Assembly (NCBI GenBank): GCA_964545815.1
Contig: CAZJGR010000002.1
Coordinates: forward strand, 1-60,759
DNA from: an uncultured Dehalococcoidaceae bacterium
GTDB lineage: Bacteria; Chloroflexota; Dehalococcoidia; Dehalococcoidales; RBG-16-60-22
Length of the DNA: 60,759 nt
Reading direction: 5' to 3'
In this document: positions 7,894 through 16,026 of the stretch, one piece after another
Numbering within the stretch: position 1 is the stretch's first letter
How the letters are laid out: the number at the start of each line of letters is the position of its first letter
Position numbers and translations under genes: made by a program
The notes under the pieces: generated by a model
The model's database searches: none
What the model saw: only the letters and a program-made list of their open reading frames with translations
Told to the model about the DNA's origin: nothing

Positions 7894-8488
7894 CGCTATC
7901 CTCCTCCCCGAAATCTTCCGGGTTGTGGTAGAGCATTCCCAGGTTTAACCGAACCCTGCGGCCCGCCCATTGCCGGAATTCCCCATCGAGGACAACGACC
8001 GTTTTACCCTTGAGGTCGGCCCGTCGCAGATTGCTGCCGTCCTCGATCATACCCGGTATCCCATGCGCCTGGATAGAAGTGGGGTACACGGCGATGGTAA
8101 AGCCTGGCTCCTCGCCCTCTCTGGCTGCCCGCGCCGCGCGGACGTAAGGGATAAACCGGCTGTCGTCCAACTCGATGCCCCAGGAAACAGCGTCGAAGAT
8201 TGACTTGAGGTAATTGTCGGCATCCCTGGTCCGCCCATCATTGGGAAAGATCATGACGACATCAACCATGATCTGGACGTCTGCGGGTAAGTCCAGGAAG
8301 GCCCCACGGCGGGCACCACCACGCAGAAGCTCCGCCGTGATGGACCAGGCTAATGCTTCCTGCCAGGCCTTGACCCTCGGACGTAGAAATACCCGATTAC
8401 CGATGGCTCTTATCGTGGTTCGATGGTTGACGCTGAGATTAGGCGCCCAGGGTGCCTTGACTGTGACAAACAACTCGTCTCTGTCCAT
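7886..8488 (-). CDS. rusA: RusA-like Holliday-junction resolvase (extended C-terminus)
   Basis: RDADNYLKSIFDAV...GIELDDSRF resembles the RusA D..DN..K...D...DD motif. ATG behind CAAGGAGG. Confidence 0.7.
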   Translation of the reverse strand: MDRDELFVTVKAPWAPNLSVNHRTTIRAIGNRVFLRPRVKAWQEALAWSITAELLRGGARRGAFLDLPADVQIMVDVVMIFPNDGRTRDADNYLKSIFDAVSWGIELDDSRFIPYVRAARAAREGEEPGFTIAVYPTSIQAHGIPGMIEDGSNLRRADLKGKTVVVLDGEFRQWAGRRVRLNLGMLYHNPEDFGEEDSDG

Positions 8489-8549
8489 GAAACACCTCCT
8501 TGTATTTTTGAGGCCCGTACTGCGGGAACCGAGCCGCCCACTTGTGGAA

Positions 8550-8589
8550 CCTGCCTGACGACAGGCCTACCTAACAGGTAGGCAGGCAG
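8550..8589. repeat. nested palindrome CCTGCCTG..CAGG + CCTACCT-AAC-AGGTAGG + CAGGCAG
   Basis: Same module set as 6881-6925. Confidence 0.85.
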
Positions 8590-8740
8590 TCGGCCCAGTC
8601 ACCCCGCCCCCTTGGTGGCTGTGAGTGGCACAACCTCGCCACCCTTCCGCCACCACCCATGTCCCATAACCCCTCCGGGCCTGCCTACCCGGCCGGTAGG
8701 CCGGTTTCCGAATCCGATTCGCGGGCTATACGAAGTCCCA

Positions 8741-9604
8741 CTATGACGTGCCCATTTTGTTGAGAAGCGTGACGTCTGCCGCGTTGTGTCGCTTGTAATG
8801 CAACCAGGACGACACCGCAAACACGGAACGCGCTCCCAACTCCATGCCCAGGAGCCCCTTTACCAGCAGGACCGGCTCTATATCTATGCCCTGCCGCTCC
8901 ATCTCCGCATGTAATGACGCGCAGATTTTATCGAGGTTGACTTTGTCCTCCTGGACCTTGTCCAGTCGGTCATACTCGGCCCTGGCGGCCGCCTGCATTT
9001 TGGACAGGGAGCCATACCCCGCTCCGTTGCCTGCCTGCCCGGCCGCGCCTACCTGCCCACCCTTGCCTGGCCGCGCCTTGCGGCGCTCGGCTGCCGCCCG
9101 AACGACCTCCGGACGAGGCTCCTCCTCGCCTTTGAAAACATCCTGGCCGACCCCTAATCGGGAGGCCGCCTTGCAGATGGCGTTAGTGACCGCGCCCTTG
9201 ATGGCGTCGGTCATCGGGACGGCGCCCTTGCGCTTGACTGTCCCCGAGCCACCGTTAGCAACGATCGCCTCAGACCAGACCAGGCCCGTCGTGAACGCCG
9301 GCCGGCAGATGAAGCCCTGCGCCTCGGCCGACCACTCGACCGGGGGGCATCCTGCCTCGCCATCTGGTAGGCGCCATTGCAGCGCTAGCCAGCACGTGGC
9401 TTCTTGACCGTCCAGGATGACGGGGGAGTGGACATACCTCCACCCATAGCCCGCCAGGCCGAAGACCCCATTCAGCCGCTCCAGGATGAACGCGGCTTTG
9501 ATAGAGGTCAGGTTAAACCCCCGGCTGTCATCCACCGACAAAGCCTCGCGGGGGAGAGGCTCCGTCAGCCGGCCGTAAAGACCGGATAACACATTCTTGT
9601 CCAT
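8741..9604 (-). CDS. Rad52/Sak-like single-strand annealing protein
   Basis: LTSIKAAFILERLNGVFGLAGYGW and AIKGAVTNAICKAASRLGVGQDVF resemble Rad52-family motifs. Trimmed to ATG 9604 behind GGAGG. Confidence 0.65.
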   Translation of the reverse strand: MDKNVLSGLYGRLTEPLPREALSVDDSRGFNLTSIKAAFILERLNGVFGLAGYGWRYVHSPVILDGQEATCWLALQWRLPDGEAGCPPVEWSAEAQGFICRPAFTTGLVWSEAIVANGGSGTVKRKGAVPMTDAIKGAVTNAICKAASRLGVGQDVFKGEEEPRPEVVRAAAERRKARPGKGGQVGAAGQAGNGAGYGSLSKMQAAARAEYDRLDKVQEDKVNLDKICASLHAEMERQGIDIEPVLLVKGLLGMELGARSVFAVSSWLHYKRHNAADVTLLNKMGTS

Positions 9605-9707
9605 TTGTACCTCCACGGAATAGATTGAACGATCCGGGGTAAGGTGGCCCCTCCAGAAAGCCCTTGACACCTCCTTAAAAAGGTTTAGCTCAATCCTGCC
9701 CATTTAC

Positions 9708-11051
9708 CTACAACTCCGGCGCCGCCTGAGCCTTAACTTGCCCACGGCGCGCCTGGATGACTAACAATTCAGGCACATCCTGCGTGCCTAACACCTGCCG
9801 GGACCTTTGGACGTCCCGCCGAGATACCCGCTTGCCCACACCCAGGACGGCATCTCTCTGCTCGAGTGACAGGTCGGGGTCCTTGACCTGCGGACGGCGA
9901 CCGAGATTATCCATAACCCCTTTGGCCACCTTGCCCATAGCCCCCAGGACCTCCACCATGTCTTCCCTCTCCCGGCCCTCTACGATATCCCTGGTTTTGG
10001 CCAACATAGCCGTAAACTCGGCGTCTTCAAGGATATTCATAGAGGACCCCCAGGAGAGCAAGCTCTGCAACTGCCTGAGCGACGGCTCCAGCAAGCGCCC
10101 CTGGTTGCGGCCCATCGTGGACAGGACCTGAGAAGAAACGTCGTAGACGTAACCGTAGGCTGTGGCTACAATCTCAGACATGAACTCATCCACCCTGCCC
10201 CGCTTTTGCTCCTGAGCATACTGCTCCAGGTCGCGCTCCATCTGCGACTTCTCCCGCAGCCGCTGAGACCGGAGGTCATCCTCCAGCAACATCGAAGGAA
10301 GCGGGATGAAGTTGATTTTGACAACCACGTCGAAGGACCGCCGTAACTCCTCGGCCTCGGGCATGGCCGCAAAGATACGCCCCACATACTCCTCGACAAA
10401 CCACCCAGGAACCTCGTCCAGGTTGTAGTCCGTGGCGGCCAGGCGGTTAGCACGACACCAGGCCACGCGCGCCTGATCCGTATACAGCCGCCGCAACTCA
10501 CCCCAACCCTTGCTGCCAGCCTTGATGGCCTCCAGGTTGGTGGCCAGCGTTTCACCAATAGCCTCAAACTGCACCTGGAGCTCGTCCTGCCTGGCCTTCC
10601 ATTCCGCATAAGCCCCCGCAGGAACGAAGCGACCCCAAAAGGTGCGGTAGGAGTACCGCTCCAGGTTGGCTCTCATCTGCGTGACTAAGGAGTTGGCCAT
10701 CTTGTGGAGGATGGGAGGCATCAGCAATTTGTCGCCCAGCCTGAAGGCCTTATTTTTTGCATGGCTTTCCAACCCCAGGTCGCGGCCCTCCAGCCGCTTG
10801 AAACCCGTCCACCTGTGAATATCCAGGTCCACGACCACGCCCTCCTGCATCAGCTCAAGGGCGATGTTTTCAAACGTAACCTGAATATCCGTGCTGTCGG
10901 CGCCCATCCGCTCCGCCAGGCGGTCCCTGGCGGCATAAGCGCCGCGCTGCGCATCGGTCAGGGGAACTTCATCCCCAACCGCCAAACCCGACCCAGGTGG
11001 CTGAGAGATAAACTCATCCAGCCAATCTTTAATCGTTACTTCCTCGCCCAT
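9708..11051 (-). CDS. hypothetical protein (447 aa), possibly DUF3150-like
   Basis: ATG behind CAAGGAGGG. DLDIHRWTGFKRL...LGDKLL recalls DUF3150. This is unverified. Confidence 0.7.
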   Translation of the reverse strand: MGEEVTIKDWLDEFISQPPGSGLAVGDEVPLTDAQRGAYAARDRLAERMGADSTDIQVTFENIALELMQEGVVVDLDIHRWTGFKRLEGRDLGLESHAKNKAFRLGDKLLMPPILHKMANSLVTQMRANLERYSYRTFWGRFVPAGAYAEWKARQDELQVQFEAIGETLATNLEAIKAGSKGWGELRRLYTDQARVAWCRANRLAATDYNLDEVPGWFVEEYVGRIFAAMPEAEELRRSFDVVVKINFIPLPSMLLEDDLRSQRLREKSQMERDLEQYAQEQKRGRVDEFMSEIVATAYGYVYDVSSQVLSTMGRNQGRLLEPSLRQLQSLLSWGSSMNILEDAEFTAMLAKTRDIVEGREREDMVEVLGAMGKVAKGVMDNLGRRPQVKDPDLSLEQRDAVLGVGKRVSRRDVQRSRQVLGTQDVPELLVIQARRGQVKAQAAPEL

Positions 11052-11094
11052 CGTTACCCTCCTTGTAGTACTTGATTTTGATTGCTAACCTGCC

Positions 11095-11136
11095 TGCCTA
11101 CCTGTTAGGTAGGTCTGCCTACCTGTTAGGTAGGTC
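11095..11136. repeat. tandem 21-bp unit x2 (CTGCCTACCTGTTAGGTAGGT)
   Basis: Inner palindromes at 11097-11113 and 11118-11134. Confidence 0.9.
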
Positions 11137-11156
11137 TGCAGACAGGCAGATGACCA

Positions 11157-11188
11157 CCCCCTGGACTTATTAGCATAAGCCCAGGGGG
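11157..11188. repeat. outer-arm hairpin CCCCCTGGACTTAT-tagc-ATAAGCCCAGGGGG
   Basis: 14-bp arms with one mismatch. Confidence 0.85.
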
Positions 11189-11218
11189 TGAGCATAAGCC
11201 CACCCATAGGCAGAAACC

Positions 11219-13000
11219 TTACAGCTCACGTACTCCACCACGGCGGCCCTCGGAAGCCTGCGCCTCCTTTTTTGCCGCCGCCGCCTGGACACGCATACTC
11301 TCAGGCACAAACTCAAGGTCGTTGACCTCGGCCAATGCCAGCCGCGCCATAAACTCGACGTCGGCCGTGGAAGGGATATACAGCGCCCGCGCGGTTTCCA
11401 AATCACTGGCAACCAGGTTGTCACGCCCCGCCCGCCGCGCCAATTGCACCGCCTTGAGAACCAGACCCTCGAGCTCGGCGCCGGTCCAGCCCCCCGTGTT
11501 TTCAGCGATAACAGCGATGGCTTTGTGGCCCTTCTTATCGCCTATCGTCACTCCGTACTTTTTGAGCATGACGTTGACCAGTACAGCCCGCTCGGCCGTA
11601 TACGCCGGAGGCAGAAGGGGTATCTTGACGTCAAACCTACCAGGACGCTTGAAAGCGGCATCCAGCAAGTCTGGCCTGTTGGTGGCCGCCAGGGTGAAAA
11701 TCCGTCCCCTGTGGCTGTTATCGCTCAAGAACTCCAACAGCCGCCCCAACTGATGACCACCCACGTCGCTGCCCTTGGGACCCTCGGACCGGGCCTGGAA
11801 CTTTTGGTCGATCTCATCAATGAATAGGATGCAGGGAGCAAGCGCCTCGATTGCCAGAAGCGTGCGCTCTAACTTTTGTTCAGATTGACCAACATACATC
11901 CCCAGGATTTTGGCGGGGTTGATTTTGGCACAATGGAACCCGGACTCGAACGCCAACGCCTCGGCGATGGCGGTCTTGCCAGTGCCAGCAGGACCCATCA
12001 ACAAGGCCCCCAGGGGCGCTTTTGGATCTCCGATCTGCAGGGCCTTGACGACGTCCGCAAAGAACGCTTTGGCCGCCTCGTGCCCCGCTACCATGTCGAA
12101 CCCGAATTGAGGCTCCCACAATTCCAGGATGTCCCCGAACTCAGACCGGACAATCGCGTCTTTACGCTCCTTGACCAATCTGGCATCCACCGGGCGCCCC
12201 TCGTACTGCGCCCGAAGGAAGACGTCCTCCAGGTTGACCAGGGACAGCAACGCCGTTGACCTGGCCAATTGCGGGAGGGGCATGTCTACCTCTTGACCCG
12301 ACTCCTGCACGTAAGCCTCCAACCATACCAACCGCTCGGCCTCGTTTGGTAGTGGGACCATGATGGCCTCGATGCCCGAACCGCTAACCCTCAGCGACTC
12401 GGCCACCTGGCCAAGATTGCGCGCCACGAGGATGATCAACCCGTTTTGACCGATTGCCATGTCCTGACTCCAGTTGGTCACCGAGGCAATGGCGACACGA
12501 TCTTCAGGCTGTAGATGGCCCGGGTCACCGGCCGGACATAGCATCTCGGCCTGGTTGAGAATAACCGCCACGCGTAACATCCTGACCTCGCCCCCGACGT
12601 CCTGTGGCTCAAGCCTCAGCAAACGCCCCAGGAGAGGGAAGACCTCGCCGGCCTTGCGTGGAAGCTCGACCTCCTGCGCAGACAGGCCGCCGCCGACCGC
12701 CTGATTCAACCCCATGGCCGCCGCCAGACTGCCTGCACCCATGGCCTCCAGACCGAGGACTTTGACGAATAATGCTTTTTGCTCATCGCCCCCAAATGTT
12801 AGACCACTCGCAACATCGTAACGAACCACGATGTCGCGCCGGACTAACATCTGCGAGAGGTAGTCCTGCACTCGAACCGTCCCCGACGCGTAGTCGTTGA
12901 CGTTGAAATGCAGGAGAAAAGTGTGCGCCAACTTCTGGCCGTACTTGGCGGCCAACTCGCTGGCCCACGCCACACCATTTGTCTTGACGCCGTTTTCCAT
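11219..13000 (-). CDS. classical-clade AAA+ ATPase (Ycf46/FtsH/Cdc48-like module, 593 aa)
   Basis: Walker A GPAGTGKT, Walker B ILFIDEID, ATNRPDLLDAAFKRPGRFD second region of homology. Confidence 0.9.
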   Translation of the reverse strand: MENGVKTNGVAWASELAAKYGQKLAHTFLLHFNVNDYASGTVRVQDYLSQMLVRRDIVVRYDVASGLTFGGDEQKALFVKVLGLEAMGAGSLAAAMGLNQAVGGGLSAQEVELPRKAGEVFPLLGRLLRLEPQDVGGEVRMLRVAVILNQAEMLCPAGDPGHLQPEDRVAIASVTNWSQDMAIGQNGLIILVARNLGQVAESLRVSGSGIEAIMVPLPNEAERLVWLEAYVQESGQEVDMPLPQLARSTALLSLVNLEDVFLRAQYEGRPVDARLVKERKDAIVRSEFGDILELWEPQFGFDMVAGHEAAKAFFADVVKALQIGDPKAPLGALLMGPAGTGKTAIAEALAFESGFHCAKINPAKILGMYVGQSEQKLERTLLAIEALAPCILFIDEIDQKFQARSEGPKGSDVGGHQLGRLLEFLSDNSHRGRIFTLAATNRPDLLDAAFKRPGRFDVKIPLLPPAYTAERAVLVNVMLKKYGVTIGDKKGHKAIAVIAENTGGWTGAELEGLVLKAVQLARRAGRDNLVASDLETARALYIPSTADVEFMARLALAEVNDLEFVPESMRVQAAAAKKEAQASEGRRGGVREL

Positions 13001-13039
13001 TGTAATACCCTCCTTGACTTGACCTTTGATTGCTAACTA

Positions 13040-13112
13040 CCCTCTAGACTTTTTCTCACCTGTCTGCCTACCTGTTAGGTAGGTCTGCCGCCAGGCAGAT
13101 AAGTCCAGAGGG
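13040..13112. repeat. full nested element (outer CCCTCTAGACTT/AAGTCCAGAGGG around CCTACCTGTTAGGTAGG at 13067-13083)
   Basis: Outer arms have one mismatch. The inner palindrome is exact. Confidence 0.85.
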
Positions 13113-13153
13113 CAGGCAGCAATCACCTGCCTGCCCAGGGTAAGGCCGAACCA

Positions 13154-13303
13154 CTAGCCGCATAGACCAACCGGCCCCAGGAGATTGAGCTCACCGTTGC
13201 CCAGGAGCGCCTCCAGGGCTTCGATAAGCTCCTCCGAGAGCCAATCGGCCATGATTTTGACCTTGCCATCCACGATGAGAAAGACCAACTCACGCTGCCC
13301 CAT
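13154..13303 (-). CDS. small ORF (49 aa), possible second DUF2997-like paralog
   Basis: Below the ORF-track cutoff. ATG 13303 behind GAGGAGG. ...EALEALLGNGELN resembles ...LAGLEALLGGASN of the next gene. Confidence 0.4.
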   Translation of the reverse strand: MGQRELVFLIVDGKVKIMADWLSEELIEALEALLGNGELNLLGPVGLCG

Positions 13304-13490
13304 CGCGCACCTCCTCGCTGGCCTGGCCGCCGGAACCTTGCCAGTATTCCGGCTTTAGTTCCGTGTTGGAAGCTCCACCCAGGAGCGCCTCCAGACCGGC
13401 CAACACCTCGGAGATACAGACGGGACCATGACCGCCCAGGACCTCGGCGGTAACCTTGCCGCCCTCACCGATTTTAATGATGATCTCCAT
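13290..13490 (-). CDS. DUF2997-like small protein (66 aa)
   Basis: Trimmed to ATG 13490 (MEIIIKIGEGGKVTAEVLGGHGPVC) behind AGGAGG. Confidence 0.55.
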   Translation of the reverse strand: MEIIIKIGEGGKVTAEVLGGHGPVCISEVLAGLEALLGGASNTELKPEYWQGSGGQASEEVRDGAA

Positions 13491-13671
13491 CAGAGCGACC
13501 TCCTGCAACCTTGATTCTGAATGCGATGGCCCGTAAGGTACGCTCGGACACCCAATCTCCATCTACCAGGTAGAGTGTGACCGGGCAACCAAACGTGCCG
13601 TCGCCATTTTTGAACGTGCCCACCCGCGTGTCTTCCGGCCTGACGCGCTCGATGACTTCCTGCAATTCCAT
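13474..13671 (-). CDS. hypothetical protein (65 aa)
   Basis: ATG 13671 behind GGAGGTG. Confidence 0.5.
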   Translation of the reverse strand: MELQEVIERVRPEDTRVGTFKNGDGTFGCPVTLYLVDGDWVSERTLRAIAFRIKVAGGRSDGDHH

Positions 13672-13672
13672 G

Positions 13673-14071
13673 CTACACCTCCATCCTGATTCTGAGGGCG
13701 AACCCGCCCTCGACTTGACCGGCCTGCAGGACCCGGCCGCGCTTTTGTTGCACGAATTTCAGCACGGCATGTTTTGCGTATGCCTCCTGGAGCCTGGAGA
13801 ACCAAGTCTCATTGAAACGACCTGAATCAAACTCGGACACGATAGGGATGAACCCCTGTCCGGCCCAGCGAAAGCCCACGTCGTTTGACATCGCGCCGAT
13901 CTGCTGACGTCGTATCACGATCTGAGCGACTTCTGGCCGGAGGTCACCCTTGTAACCATACAGCCCCAAAGTCGCGCCGACCTCCGGCTGAAACCCCAGC
14001 TCCTTAAGAGCTGCAACCAGGCAGTCGGCGTTAAGGAACTTGATGCTGTCAAACTCCTTATAAGCGGACAT
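13673..14071 (-). CDS. DUF1257 (Ycf35)-like protein
   Basis: CLVAALKELGFQPEV...LYGYKGDLRPEVAQIVIRR...DVGF fits my recollection of DUF1257. Confidence 0.65.
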   Translation of the reverse strand: MSAYKEFDSIKFLNADCLVAALKELGFQPEVGATLGLYGYKGDLRPEVAQIVIRRQQIGAMSNDVGFRWAGQGFIPIVSEFDSGRFNETWFSRLQEAYAKHAVLKFVQQKRGRVLQAGQVEGGFALRIRMEV

Positions 14072-14102
14072 TGCACACCTCCTTGATTTTGGATTAGAAC
14101 TG

Positions 14103-14154
14103 CCCCTTGCGGACTTTGCCTGCCTGTGGCAGACAGGTCAAAATCCGCAAGGGG
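14103..14154. repeat. CCCCTTGCGGACTTTG...CAAAATCCGCAAGGGG hairpin, copy 1
   Basis: 16-bp arms with one mismatch. The loop carries CCTGCCTGTGGCAGACAGG. Confidence 0.9.
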
Positions 14155-14168
14155 CAGGCCTGAGCCTG

Positions 14169-14543
14169 CTATCGAATCTGCGCACCTCCTGTGACCTTTC
14201 TGCGATACGCGGCATCTTGGCCGCTCAGTTCGTACTTTTCATATCGCAATTGCCTTTCTGATTTTTCGGGAAGGCCGCAGGCTGCTAAAGCCATAGTGGC
14301 TAGCTCGACGCATTGGGCCTTCACGACTTCCTGTAACCAGGCGCTGCCCGTATGGCTCTCAAGGACCGTCTTCCACTCGTCCATGATGCGGGGCAATTCC
14401 GCCTTCAGCGTTTCCCTGATAGCCGCCGTTAGTTTTTCCAACTCAGCGGTGGCCATCTTTGACGGTTGGGCTACCCCCTGCTGTTGGAGGATGATCCCGG
14501 CGGCCTTGATTGTACCTTCACACAACACCGTAATCGCGTCCAT
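14169..14543 (-). CDS. hypothetical helical protein (124 aa)
   Basis: ATG 14543 behind the conserved CAAGGAGGGTATTACA leader. Confidence 0.65.
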   Translation of the reverse strand: MDAITVLCEGTIKAAGIILQQQGVAQPSKMATAELEKLTAAIRETLKAELPRIMDEWKTVLESHTGSAWLQEVVKAQCVELATMALAACGLPEKSERQLRYEKYELSGQDAAYRRKVTGGAQIR

Positions 14544-14581
14544 TGTAATACCCTCCTTGATTTTAGACTAGATTAGAACTG

Positions 14582-14653
14582 CCCCTTGCGGACTTTGCCT
14601 GTCTGCGCCCTGTCTGCCTGACAGGCAGGAGGCAGGTCAAAATCCGCAAGGGG
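14582..14653. repeat. CCCCTTGCGGACTTTG...CAAAATCCGCAAGGGG hairpin, copy 2
   Basis: The loop contains a 34-mer (14603-14636) identical to 17695-17728 inside the FtsK-like gene. Confidence 0.9.
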
Positions 14654-14658
14654 CAGAC

Positions 14659-14907
14659 CTAAACCTGCCCTATCGTATATGACGCGCCGCATGATTCGCA
14701 CGTCACCCGATCCGAATCGCCGTCGGTTTCGAGTCCTAACAACCCCATGACACGCTCGCCGCAATTCGGACACGCAAATCCTGCAGGAACCAGGTCAACT
14801 CGTACGCCATCCACTATCAGCGCATCCGCCTCTTCTAACAAGGCTGTAAACGTGCTTGGCTTTTTCTCCTCAGCCACGACCTCAGACCATCTTTTTCTGC
14901 TACACAT
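14659..14907 (-). CDS. Zn-ribbon protein (82 aa)
   Basis: CPNCG...CESCG. ATG 14907 behind the conserved leader. Confidence 0.65.
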   Translation of the reverse strand: MCSRKRWSEVVAEEKKPSTFTALLEEADALIVDGVRVDLVPAGFACPNCGERVMGLLGLETDGDSDRVTCESCGASYTIGQV

Positions 14908-14942
14908 TGTACCCTCCTTGATTTTAGACTAGATTAGAACTG

Positions 14943-14985
14943 CCCCTTGCGGACTTTGCCATTTTACCGCAAAATCCGTAAGGGG
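14943..14985. repeat. CCCCTTGCGGACTTTG...CAAAATCCGTAAGGGG hairpin, copy 3
   Basis: Same arms with a short loop. Confidence 0.9.
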
Positions 14986-15001
14986 CAGACCTGATCCTGC
15001 C

Positions 15002-15274
15002 CTACCTTGCCCGGCTGATCCACACATTGTCGATCTCGTCCACGCACCGCCGGACTATCCGCAACCCCTCAATGGTGACCTCACCGTACCGAGCCACGAT
15101 GCTATTGATACCCACGCATTCCCGCGCCGGAAGGCAGACCGCTACCCGGGCCAGACGCCCCTGCACTTTTTTGGAGAACTCGGCATCGGTTTCGTCTGGA
15201 AATTGATATGCGCTGACGCGCACGGCGGCCTCTTGTGACTCCACCGCTCGGCGCAACTGATCAAGGATGTTCAT
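15002..15274 (-). CDS. hypothetical protein (90 aa), first gene of the leftward early operon
   Basis: ATG 15274 behind AAAGGAG. Confidence 0.65.
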   Translation of the reverse strand: MNILDQLRRAVESQEAAVRVSAYQFPDETDAEFSKKVQGRLARVAVCLPARECVGINSIVARYGEVTIEGLRIVRRCVDEIDNVWISRAR

Positions 15275-15291
15275 CTTATTAATCTCCTTTG

Positions 15292-15875
15292 ACTACGGAT
15301 TCCTCGGGCTTATCCACCCGTCAGGCTCTAGGAAGTCGGCGAGCCTCCTACATTTTACGCCTTACCTGACATAGCAGGTTAGAGCCTGGCGGAAGGATAA
15401 ACCGAAACTCCCGCTTTGTGTACGATTGCCATCATTGCACAGTATCCACCGCCGCTGGCCGCATAGTACAACGTACCAGCTATCGATGTAGCATTACCCC
15501 CGCGCTCGGCCTCACGTACCACTATCATCAGGCTGTTTTTGGAAGCTAACTTTGACCTGTTGGTCTATCCCATCTCTCCGAAGAGTCCCCCCCGACTAGG
15601 CGGGGTTACTTCACTCAGAAACTCCATCGCTGGAGGCTGCCTGAGTTGGACCGGTCTCCCTCCGTTTCCACTCTTTGGGAGAGAAGAAGCTTACGCTACC
15701 TTGACACCCCTCTTGTGGCTTACAATCCCCCCGCTTTCTCCGCCATGTTCTCGGCTGTTTCCCCCTCCGCTGGCCCGGTGGCTTTGCGAGTTTCCCCGCC
15801 TCCGTTTCTACACCTGGGCGACCTTCGGGCTGCCTACCCCACTGAGGGGCTTGAGGATTGCTCACTTTTAATTCT
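15292..15875 (-). ncRNA. candidate large structured RNA / 5' leader (~585 nt), class unknown
   Basis: No credible ORF on either strand. Begins ~7 nt downstream of a consensus extended -10 promoter. Minus-strand reading gives these hairpins: GCGGG-GAAA-CTCGC (15799-15786); two-tier ACTCAG..CTCCA-GCGA-TGGAG..CTGAGT (15646-15613); CTC-UUCG-GAG (15585-15576); TCTCCC...GGGAGA enclosing a G-GAAA-C loop (15682-15655); CCCCG-6 nt-CGGGG (15605-15590). A long-range helix pairs 15861-15853 with 15730-15722. A ~24-bp near-perfect duplex pairs 15404-15381 with 15330-15305. Confidence 0.6.
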
Positions 15876-15881
15876 ACCTTA

Positions 15882-15910
15882 ATTATACCAGGTGTTACAA
15901 TTAAATGCAA
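15882..15910 (-). promoter_or_regulatory. sigma70-type promoter P-earlyL (TTGCAT-17-TGgTATAAT)
   Basis: On the minus strand, -35 TTGCAT is at 15910-15905 and -10 TATAAT at 15887-15882. The spacer is exactly 17 nt and a TGn extended -10 is present. Confidence 0.75.
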
Positions 15911-15920
15911 TAGGAAAGAG

Positions 15921-15950
15921 GTACTATACCTCGTACTATACCTCGTACAC
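15921..15950. repeat. tandem 12-mer GTACTATACCTC x2.5 just upstream of the -35
   Basis: Units at 15921-15932, 15933-15944, and partial at 15945-15950. Confidence 0.9.
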
Positions 15951-16026
15951 TGCTTTTGCGAATAACGCAATTACAAATAACGTAAAGGCTGGCCACCTTG
16001 TAGCGCAATAAAACAGCCGCCCCTCG

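Noticed and set aside
8599-8820. 73-aa minus-strand ORF in the RusA/SSAP gap.
   Set aside because: It overlaps the 3' end of the SSAP gene, runs through palindromic elements, is Gly/Arg/Trp-rich and has no SD.
15292-15875. Assignment of the large RNA to RNase P RNA, tmRNA, a group II intron or a cobalamin riboswitch.
   Set aside because: I could not find the hallmark motifs: GGAAAGUCCGG-type CR-I, a tRNA-like acceptor/T-arm with a tag ORF, a domain V AGC-bulge hairpin with GUGYG...AY ends, or a B12 box/GCCACUG. The class is left open.
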